32,000 nt of DNA from Candidatus Saccharimonadota bacterium (GCA_965231145.1 OZ246420.1:360001-392000); one strand, 5' to 3'; positions 20,770-29,637 are shown, counted from the first letter of the stretch. The notes: generated by a model from the letters alone, not told the origin. Numbers and translations: made by a program.

Positions 20770-23700
20770 TTATTGCTTGATAGTATTGATAATATTTTGC
20801 ATGAAGAGGGCGAATTTTCCTCTGCTGATAGCGTTGTTGTAGTTCATGCTTGGATCGTAATCCAGGAGTGGTTTATTGTAGTATTTCAGTATGTTATTTC
20901 CGATAGTATAGATATCCGCATATCTGATATACGATCTTGGGTCATGAGGTTGAGATGTGGTGCTTGCCCAGAGATTTACCTTTTGTCCTGCGAATCTGTA
21001 TCTGTCAGACCAGTGAGCCGGATTGGCAGTACGAGAGAAGCTGAGCCCCGCAAGTCTTGAGAACACCTTATATGCTTCACCCCATCTGAGGTAATTATAG
21101 ACGCCGAACATCTTTCCGCCATTGTATTCGCCCTGTACGAGACAGTAGTCGAGCATAAGGTCTACCGCTGGTTTGAAGATAGAATTTTGAATGTCCTTGA
21201 AGGTGGTTTTATATCTTTCGAAATCTCCGTCCTTATAGATACATACTTCGTCATCAAGCAGAGTAGGAGCAGAACCGAGAGAGACTATGTTTGGGATAGG
21301 ATTGCTTCCGAATCATCCTCCTGCATACCCTCGTGGATCAGGATTGGTTGGATTGTTTCATGTTGTAGATCCCGTAGATAAGCTTCATCCTGTGGCTGAA
21401 TTTCCTGTGAGTGCTTCAATATAGAGGAAAGATGCGTTGTTTATCATAGATACATCTTGGTAGATGCTTCCCGTAATAGTTGCAACATTCATCGCAAATC
21501 ATCCGCCTGAATAGATCTCATCATTTACTATAGCCTGTACAAGAATCGTACGAGAAGTGTTTGCAGGAATGCCTGCAGGTAAGTGCCAACTAAGAAGAGT
21601 CCCGCTATATGACCAGCTTCCTATTGGGAAGGTTCACATACTTTCCAATACAGTATTTGCTGCAATAGTCAGTCCTGATGTATAATTACTACTCACATAT
21701 GTCAGTCATGCTTGCATCTGATCTTGTACATATACTCCTGTTATGGTGTTTGCTCAGCTGTTCATATAGGTAAGTGTAAACGTAATAGGCTGTCCAGGTA
21801 TAACACCAGTAAGAACCGATGCAGATTTGAATATAGCAAGATCTCCGGTTATAAGAGGAGCAAATACTCTTACAGGAGAGGATGTAGATGTATTGTTTGT
21901 TCGATTGATATCTTGGAGATCACCACTAATAGATGCTGTATTTGTAAGTATTGTTCCTGAGACAACGCTAGCATCAACCTGAACATATACTTTAAATGAT
22001 CACGTTGCGTTTGGAGTAAGAGCCCATAGTTGCCATGTAATAGATGAACCGGTCACCGTTATGCCTGTCGTATAGTCGATGTTGAGAGGATTGTCGCTAA
22101 AGTCAGTGGTGACATACGTAAGACCCGCAGGTAATATATCTGAGATAATGATGGGTTCAGGAATACTATTATTTTCTGTTCTATAGTAGATGTCATATGA
22201 AAGTATGCTTCATGCAGTGATGGTTGTCCCGGTTGTAGACTTTGTTATTGAGATGTCTCCGGTTGCAAGCATGACATTAATGTTTGTAGTGGAACTATTA
22301 TTTGCTGGATTTACGTCGGAAAGATATCCATCAATAGTAGCTGTATTGGGAACTATTGTTCCAGATGCAAATGGACCACCGACATAAATATACATTACGA
22401 TACTACCGCTTTGCATAGGAGTAAGTGTACCGATATCCCATGATATATCTCTAAATCCTGTTATCATTATTGGTGCGGGAACAGCGCCATCATAGTCAGG
22501 GAGTGAAAGCCCCGTCATAAGAAGGTCATGAATAACGACGCCAGTAATGGTTGATGCTCAGCTGTTTACATAATTGATAATATAGGTTATGAAATTACCT
22601 ATATGAGCTGTAGCAGATCCAGAGACCGTTTTCGTGATCACAAGATCTGATGGTATATCCACGTCAAATAGTGTGACTGGTAGAGTAGTAGATAAGTTGT
22701 TGTTATTGTCGATATCACTGAGATTCCCATCAATGTTGACGGTATTTGAGATTACATCACCCGATACGAAGCTTTCACTTATATATCCAGTGAGGAAGAT
22801 TCTACCGCTTTGCATAGCAGTAAGAGTGCCAATATCCCATACAAGATCGCTGCCGCTTACACTTGTTGGAGCAGGAGATGCACTTATAAAACTGAATCCA
22901 GACTGAAGACTATCATAGACGGAAATTCCTGAAACGGAAGTGCTTCCGCTATTTATATAATTTATGACATATGTGAAAGTTGAACCTATAAGGCCTGTAG
23001 TATTCCCATTTATCTTTACAACTCTCAAGTCAGAATAAATACTTGGGTCTATAACGGTTACAGGATTGCTTATTGATGAATCGTTGAGCTCATCTCCGCT
23101 TAGCTGATGGACGCGTCAGTATATCGTTGCCATGTTGGTGATGGTGTCTCATGACATAAAAGGCACACCATCCCAGTTTGTATCTACCTGTCCCGTAAGG
23201 ATGATATAGCCTGTTTGCATCGAAAGAAGTTCACCAATATCCCAAGAAAGAGAACCGCCAATGACTGTTGTTGGGGCTGGTGATGCGCTGATAAAGTTCA
23301 GTCCAAGAGGCATGTCGTCGTAAATCATCACTCCTGATACAGCCATGGCTCAGCTATTTACATAGCTTATAATATAGGTCACAAGTCCACCACCGATGGT
23401 GGCGTTTACGTTTGTACTTGATTTGTTAATTGCAAGATCTGATATAACACATCGATATTGAGTTAATTTCCAATCTGCTTCTGCTTGTGCATCTACAAAT
23501 GCTGCAGGAGGTTCTGGTAAGAGTGTGTTGAGACAATTGTAATTAATCATTAATCATCCTGAAACAATACTTGTCATATTTGTCCGACTTGCAGGAACAT
23601 TTCCTGTCAGATAGTTTTGTCTCAGATCCATTTGAGTAATACCAGTCCGTGCAGACCAACTTGCAGGAAGAGTCCCCACTAGACCATTTCCTGCGAGAGA

Positions 23701-24711
23701 AAGATAGCCAATTTTTTTCCAAGTTGACCAAGTCGAAGGAAGGGTGCCAGTGAGTTGATTTGAACTAATATTTACATTCTCTACACCAGTCCAAGTCGAC
23801 CAACTTGTTGGTAATGACCCAGTTACTTCATTGTGATGAATAGTGAATTCACGTATTTTTGTCCAACCAGACCAGCTTGCTGGAAGGGAGCCTTGGAGTT
23901 TATTTCTATACATATAAAAAACATCCATCTTCGTCCAAGTCGACCAGCTTGTAGGCAATGGTCCTGTTATTTCATTATCCATCATGTAAAAGGCAGACAT
24001 ATTCGTCCAACCAGACCAACTTGCAGGAAGGGTCCCTTTGAGAAAATTAGAATTTAAATCAATATACATTATTGATGACCATCCTCCCCATTCGCTTGGA
24101 AGAGTTCATGTCAGGAGATTAAATGGCATTACAAATGACTGAATTTCTTTCCATCCCGTCCAACTGGTAGGAAGACTTGTGAACTTATTATAGCCAGCGT
24201 GAAATGACTTAATCCCCGTCCAAGTTGACCAAGTCGAAGGTAATGCTCATGAGAGGTTATTGAAACTTATATTAAATTGTTGAATTCCTGTCCAAGTTGA
24301 CCACGTAAGCGGGAGTGTGCCTTGGAGAGAATTGTTCGCAAGATTGAGTCCTGTAATATATCTCAATCCCGACATGCTATTCGGAAGAGGACCTCCTATA
24401 ATATTGTTTGAGGGGAGTGTTACTCTTGTAACATGATCCTGTCCGGCAATGTTTGTACAACCAATACCATACCATGTACACACATTGGTATTTGTATTCC
24501 AGTTTGTGCTATTTGTCCATGAGGCTCAAGCAGTATTGTTAAACAGTTCCACAAGTCCCTGACATTCTATTACGGGGACATTGATACTTCATGCTGTGCT
24601 ACAGTTAAGCATAACGGCAGAAGAATCTTTTGCGGTAAATGCAAAATAGTAGAGCATGCTTGCCGCTATAAAGGTCCCCGCGAGACCTCGATGATGTTTG
24701 CGTATTTTCAT
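20770..24711 (-). CDS. Giant secreted surface protein A (1313 aa): signal peptide, LRR N-cap, 12 LRRs, about 5 DUF11-type repeats, SLH-like C-terminal module
   Basis: Eight track fragments share one minus frame: 20770..21156, 22210..22518, 22558..23028, 23149..23346, 23350..23550, 23554..24069, 24247..24483 and 24589..24807. Every junction is TGA. I hand-translated the uncovered 21157..22209 stretch and found 9 TGAs and no TAA/TAG. About 19 in-frame TGAs in total. The start at ATG 24709-24711 was chosen by homology to the paralog (MKIRKHHRGLAG vs MKIHRHHRGLAG). DUF11 signature: TYIISYVNS-G-AMAVSGVMIYDDMPLGLNFISASPAPT...WDIGELLSMQTGYIILTG. Confidence 0.85.
21420..23440 (-). repeat. Array of about 5 DUF11-type (conserved repeat domain) modules inside protein A
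   Basis: Recurring pattern: x-T-Y-x-I-x-Y-x-N-S-G, 3-4 residues, (V/I)-(S/T)-G-V, then D-x-L/M-P-x-G-L-x-F/Y-(I/V)-S, then W-D-I-G-x-L-x-x-M-Q-S/T-G. Modules begin near 23420, 22990, 22600, 22200 and 21790. Boundaries are approximate. Confidence 0.6.
23554..24432 (-). repeat. 12 tandem 72-nt (24-aa) leucine-rich repeats inside protein A
   Basis: Units such as IQQFNISFNNLSGALPSTWSTWTG, MSAFYMMDNEITGPLPTSWSTWTK and VENVNISSNQLTGTLPSTWSTWKK. The DNA-level echo is visible as recurring gtccaagt(c/t)gaccagcttg motifs on the plus strand. Confidence 0.8.
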
Positions 24712-24753
24712 TGAGAAGAGATGAATATAAATAATGAATAATATTTTTTTAGT

Positions 24754-24759
24754 ATTATA
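24754..24759 (-). promoter_or_regulatory. Candidate -10 box (TATAAT) for gene A
   Basis: Perfect TATAAT on the minus strand (plus-strand attata), 43 nt upstream of ATG 24711 and just downstream of gene B's terminator. No convincing -35. Confidence 0.25.
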
Positions 24760-24787
24760 GAAAAGAGCGCCTTTGTACAGCGCTCTT
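24757..24787 (-). terminator. Rho-independent terminator of giant surface-protein gene B
   Basis: AAGAGCGC-9 nt-GCGCTCTT, a perfect 8-bp stem (24763-24770 / 24780-24787), followed on the minus strand by a U-rich tract. It lies 35 nt after the TAG at 24822-24824. Confidence 0.6.
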
Positions 24788-24821
24788 CGTATTAATCTGG
24801 TTGACATTTATTTGCTCGTAT

Positions 24822-27800
24822 CTATTGTTTAATGGTCGTGATAAGTTGCGCAATAAAGAGAGCAAATTTACCTCTGCTGATTGCGTTATTATAGTTTAAT
24901 GTTGGATCGTATTCGAGTGGAGGTTTGTTGTAATATCTGAGTATGTTATTCCCAATAGTGAATATATCGGCATATCTGATATATGATCTTGGGTCATGAG
25001 GTTGAGATGTAGTACTTGCCCAGAGGTTTAATTTCATTCCCGCAAATCTATATGTGTCTGACCAATGAGTCGGACGAGCTTTTTTAGTAAAATCTACTCA
25101 CGCGAGTCTTCAAAAGATTTTATATGCCTCACCCCATCTAAGGTAATTATAGACTCCAAACATCTTTCACTGATTGCGCTCTCATTGAACAAGACAATAA
25201 TCGAGCATAGTATCTACAGCAGCCTTAAAGATAGAGTTTTGTATGTCTTTAAACGTCGTTTTAAATTTTTCAAAATCACCGTCGTTGTATATACATGTTT
25301 CATTGTCGAGGAGCGTGGGAGCTCCTAGTTCAACTATACTAGTATTTTCTGTTTCTCCTGTGATACTGTGATACGTAATGCGTGGGGGATCCCATCCTCC
25401 AGGTCCTGCATACGATCGTGTCTCGTTATCGTTCGAAGGAGTGCTGAAGCTATCTCCGCTTATATCGCTTGCAACGAGGAACGTGAAGCTCACATTTGAT
25501 ATATTGTTATCGCTATCGATGTCAGTAGGAATAGGACTTTCTATCTGAATAGTATTTCGTAGGCTGCCTCAAGATGTTCCTGTCATAACCTGAGCTTGCA
25601 TTGTTATAATACCAGAGCTATGAGCTGCTAGTCCTGTAGGCAAGTACCAGTAAAATGAAGTATATGATATATCTCCTGTTACGATATCTGGCGCAAGACT
25701 GGAAGTCAGATACATGAGATCTGGGCTCATGATATCCAGTAACGATATCCCTGTCACGGCATTTTCACCACTGTTCGTATAGACAATCGTAAATGTAACG
25801 ACGTCTCCAGAATATGCTCCTGTATGAGAACTTGATTTGATAATAGCTAAGTCTCATGTGAAAATCGCTCCAAAGACAAGTATATCGTTAGCGGTAGATA
25901 TATTGTTTGTCCAATTGCTATCTTCTATGGTGCCTGTTATGAACGCTGTATTGCTTATCAATGTTCATGAGCTAGTGCCTCCATCTATTTGTGCATATAC
26001 GGTAATGATACCAGTGCTTTGAGAGTCTACTTCCCAGAAATTCCACGTGATGTTGGAACCGCTGACAACAATACCAGTACTGAAGTCGTATCATGAACCA
26101 AAATCTGTAGATACATATGTTAATTCTACAGGGAGAGAGTCAGATATGCTAAATGCTGATGGAGCATTTCCTGATGTGTATTGTTCATTGCTATATTCTA
26201 GTGTATATGCAATAGTGTCTCCTGCAGTGGCAGATGTGTTTAATGAAGTTTTTTCTAGAGAAAGATCTCCAGTAATTGGGCTACCTATAATGGTTATTGG
26301 AGATGTTGTTGATGTGTTGTTTAGTGTGTCTATGTCTGTCAATATTCATTCAATAGTTGCTGTGTTGCTTGCTGCGTCGCCCGAGAAGAATCCATTTCAA
26401 ATAGATACAACCAATGTTATTGTTCCTCATTCCATGGGAGTAAGTGTACCGATATCCCATGATATTTCTTGTCATGTGATCATAGTCGCACTAGGAGTTG
26501 CATTGTCATAGGTAAATCCTGTGAGCAATGTATCGCGTATAATTACTCCTGATACAGCCATGGCTCAGCTATTGATGTAATCTATAGTGTATGTATATGT
26601 TCAGTTAATAATTCCTGTTGTTAGTGTGCTATTGTTTTTTGTGATGACGAGATCAGATTCGATTGCACACAGATCCTGTAGGCTTTCCCAGCCTGTTCCT
26701 GCTTTTGATTCTACAAATGAAGCTGGAGGTTCAGGGAGATCTGGTTCAAGACAGTTATTTTCAAGATGTAGTCCTATAGTAGATGCTAATGGTGTAGTAA
26801 GCGCCGTCATAGATGTCCAGCTTGCAGGCACTTCGCCTTCTAGAAAGTTTGAATTTAGTAAAAGATTGTTTACTCATACCCACGCCGACCACGATCCTGG
26901 TAAGGTTCCAGTAAGAATATTGTTATTCACCGCGAAGCCTACTAGATTTGTCCATGTTGACCAGCTTGTAGGCAGATTTCATCATAGCAAATTATTTCCT
27001 ACGTCAAAATATCTCATTTGTGTCCAAGTCGACCAGCTTGCTGGCAATGTTCCAATAAGATCATTGTTTTTGGCTCCAAAGGCGGAAATGTCAGTCCGCG
27101 TAGACCAGCCTGCAGATAGAGTTCCAGTGAGATTATTTTCATCAACATAAAAGGCTGTTATGTTGCTCCATGTTGACCATTCTGTTGGTATGATTCATAT
27201 TAATTGATTATTTCTTGCGCAGAAGTAATCCAGCTGTGTCCATGCCGACCACGATGCTGGTAGGGTTCCAGTGAGGTTGTTGTAGCATACTCTAAAGTGT
27301 GTAAGATTTGTCCATGTAGACCACTCGCTTGGTAATGTTCCTGTAAAATGATTACTGTCTATTCTAAAACTTTCTAGGTTTGTCCATCATGAAAGTGATG
27401 CTAGAGGCTGTCATTGTAGCTCATTTGCGGACACTAGAAACTGTCTCATTCCAGTTAGCAACCTCCATTCATTGGGTATAAATCCGACTATCTTATTTAC
27501 ACTTAAATCTATTATTTCGAGAGCACTCAAGGTTCGCCAGTCCGAGGGAAGTGTTCCAGTAAAGTTATTATATGATGCATAAAATTCTCTCAAAGGATAT
27601 CCAGCGGGCACTCATCCATTGCCCCAGATTGCAGGAAGTTCTCAGGTAAACTGATTTTCGGCGATATTAATAATCTCTACGCTTGGTAATCGGTCAATCC
27701 ATCAGCTCCAAGGGCCTGTTCATCCTATAGAGTTTGTCGATACATTGAACTCTTTTATGTTTGTCCATGTAGCCCATTCTGTTGGTAGTGTTCCAGTTAA

Positions 27801-28490
27801 ACTATTGCGTGAGGTGTTGAAATATTGTATGTTTCCCCATGTTGACCAACTTGCTGGAAGTTCTCATGTAAGTTGATTTCCTCCGACGCTAAAGTGTTGT
27901 ATATTTGTCCATGAGCTCCATGCTGTTGGTAATATGCTTGAAATTCTATTACTTCAAACATTGAAATATTGTATGTTTTCCCACGTTGACCATTCGCTTG
28001 GAAGAGTTCCTGTTGTTCCTATGAGAAATCATACGTTTACTCATTGCATATTAAAATACTCTATGCCCGTCCACGTTGACCATTCGGCGGGAAGCATCCC
28101 TCCCAGTGTATTGTCTGATAGATTTAAACCTGTTAAGTAGCTTAATCCTGACATACTCTTTGGTATCAGAGTTCATGACATATTATTACTCGGTAGCGCA
28201 AGCACAGTGACATGATCCTGTCCTGCGATATTTGTACAAGTGATACCTGCCCAACTACAAATATTTGTATCTGTATTCCAGTTGGTATTGTATCATCGTG
28301 ATGGACCATCCATGTTGTTATAGAGTTCAACCAGTCCCCAACATTCAATAGCTGGTACGTTGATGCTTGATGCTGTATTACAGTCGAGCATGACAGCAGA
28401 GGATTGCTGAGACGTCAATCAAAAATAGTAGAGCAATGTCGCTGCTACAAACATACCTGCTAACCCTCGATGGTGGCGATGTATTTTCAT
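24822..28490 (-). CDS. Giant secreted surface protein B (1222 aa): signal peptide, LRR N-cap, about 19 LRRs, 3 DUF11-type repeats, SLH-like C-terminal module
   Basis: Track fragments 24822..25037, 25182..25493, 25569..25757, 26091..26342, 26601..26831 and 27411..27611 share one frame. I hand-translated all remaining stretches from ATG 28488-28490 down to TAG 24822-24824. That gave about 31 in-frame TGAs and no in-frame TAA/TAG. The N-terminus reads MKIHRHHRGLAGMFVAATLLYYF-G-LTSQQSSAVMLDCNTASSINVPAIECWGLVELYNNMDGPS...NICSWAGITCTNIAGQDH. The C-terminus is close to protein A (...ISRGKFALFIAQLITTIKQ). Confidence 0.85.
25570..26650 (-). repeat. Three DUF11-type modules inside protein B
   Basis: Module signatures: TYTYTIDYINS-G-AMAVSGVIIRDTLLTGFTYDNATP...WDIGTLTPME; TIAYTLEYSNEQ...ISDSLPVELTYVSTDF; VTFTIVYTNSGENAVTGISLLDIMSPDLMYLTSS. 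Boundaries are approximate. Confidence 0.55.
26751..28211 (-). repeat. About 19 tandem 24-aa leucine-rich repeats inside protein B
   Basis: Units such as LESFRIDSNHFTGTLPSEWSTWTN, LTHFRVCYNNLTGTLPASWSAWTQ and MRYFDVGNNLLGGNLPTSWSTWTN. A few are irregular or longer (IEYFNMQGVNVGFLIGTTGTLPSEWSTWEN). The array ends in a Cys-containing cap: HLENNCLEPDLPEPPASFVESKAGTGWESLQDLC. Confidence 0.8.
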
Positions 28491-28590
28491 GAGTGAACAA
28501 TAGAATATAAGCTATACTCATCAATAATACTCTATTTTTGGATAAAATAAAAAATCCTTCTATAAGTAAGCCATTTTGCTCTAAAACGAT

Positions 28591-28620
28591 TTGACATATT
28601 TGGACAAACCATTTTAATAT
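28591..28620 (+). promoter_or_regulatory. Candidate sigma70-type promoter upstream of tRNA-Arg(GCG)
   Basis: TTGACA (28591-28596), an 18-nt spacer, then TAATAT (28615-28620), about 100 nt upstream of the tRNA. A second, weaker candidate is TTGCTA-N16-TATATT at 28663-28690. Sequence pattern only. Confidence 0.3.
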
Positions 28621-28718
28621 ATTTCCCAGGGTTCTTTGTCTTCTTATTTTCTGACGTTTCGCTTGCTATTTTACGCCCGTTTACTATATTCGTGCAATGC
28701 GCTACGCGCTCACTATCT

Positions 28719-28793
28719 GGTCTCATCGTTCAATGGATAGGACACAACCCTGCGAAGGTTGTAATACAGGTTCGACTCCTGTTGGGACCACCA
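28719..28793 (+). tRNA. tRNA-Arg (anticodon GCG), CCA encoded
   Basis: Cloverleaf folded by hand. Acceptor GGTCTCA/TGGGACC (one U-G); D arm GTTC-AATGGATA-GGAC; anticodon stem CAACC/GGTTG with loop CT-GCG-AA; T arm ACAGG-TTCGACT-CCTGT; discriminator A + CCA. Confidence 0.8.
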
Positions 28794-28884
28794 TAATTAA
28801 GTGTAAAGTTCATAAAGTCTATAAAGTTAAAAATTCATTGAACTTTATACTTTATAAATCTTTTACTTTAAGAACTCTGTGTGT

Positions 28885-29637
28885 ATGTACTCTGATGTGT
28901 GTGAAAAGCTTATGGAGCAAAATGCGGATAACTTCATTTCGCTCTTCAATGAGATAGATAAGTATCTTGATAAGCTTTTGCAGACAGAGAAATTTATGCC
29001 ATTTAATGAAAAGCTTAAGCAAGTATCTGAAGCTGATTATCATATAAGTTCATTTGTCAAAGAACATCTTATAAAACTCAAATATTTCGGGGAACTGAGG
29101 AATCATATCATACATGGACAGCAGATGGAAGGACAGTACTATAGTGTTCCTACTTATCATGCAGTCGATGAAATAAGAAAATATAGAGAGCAGATGTTGC
29201 AACCGGTTTCATGTTATGATCTTTTCAAGAAAGAAGTGTATACATGCAAGACCACTGATCTTCTGCAAAATGTGATCATAGAAATGAGAAATCGTAATGA
29301 TAGTCATGTGCCTGCATATGACTCTACAGGTCTATTTGTTGGCGTACTTACTGAATCTACTCTTTCACATTGGCTTGCTGACGAAAGTGAAAAAGGTTCT
29401 GTTGCATTAAAGACAACTCGTATTGGTGATCTTGATCTGAATGAAAGCAATGAAACATATCTTTTCGTTGCGAAGAATAAAAATATCTATGAGATCCCAG
29501 TCTTGTTTGATCAGACCATGATGAGTAAAAAGAAGGTAGGAGTTATTTATATTACGGAAACAGGAAGCGACAGGGAAAAAATCGAATGAGTTATAACGCC
29601 TTTGGATATACCTAAGATAGCCACATATCACGCATAA
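28885..29637 (+). CDS. HEPN-like (Rx4H) N-terminal domain fused to a CBS pair (alternative start ATG 28912)
   Basis: Track ORF 28879..29589 continues through TGA 29587-29589 to TAA 29635-29637. The N-terminal ~95 aa are helical and end in KYFGEL-RNHIIH-G, an R-x4-H motif typical of HEPN RNase domains. The remainder looks like two CBS repeats (VSCYDLFKKEVYTCKTTDLLQNVIIEMRNRNDSHVPAYDSTGLFVGVLTES... and ...NKNIYEIPVLFDQ...VGVIYITETGSDREKIE-G-VITPLDI). Confidence 0.65.

Noticed and set aside
20770-21260. Similar 3-prime ends of the two giant genes (also 24822..25330) as a diversity-generating retroelement TR/VR pair
   Set aside because: Differences between the two copies involve all four bases rather than adenine-specific substitutions. 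The similarity spans a whole domain, and no reverse transcriptase gene is present in the window.
23554-24432. Regular ~72-nt periodic repeats (also at 26751..28211) as a possible CRISPR array or non-coding tandem repeat
   Set aside because: The repeats are imperfect, have no repeat/unique-spacer alternation, lie inside a long open frame and translate to canonical 24-residue LRR units.
26047-27150. Plus-strand track ORFs 26047..26511 (154 aa) and 26587..27150 (187 aa), and similar ones at 21187..22387
   Set aside because: They are antisense shadows of giant gene B (and gene A). Their translations are low-complexity with no motifs, while the minus strand encodes continuous LRR/DUF11 repeats.
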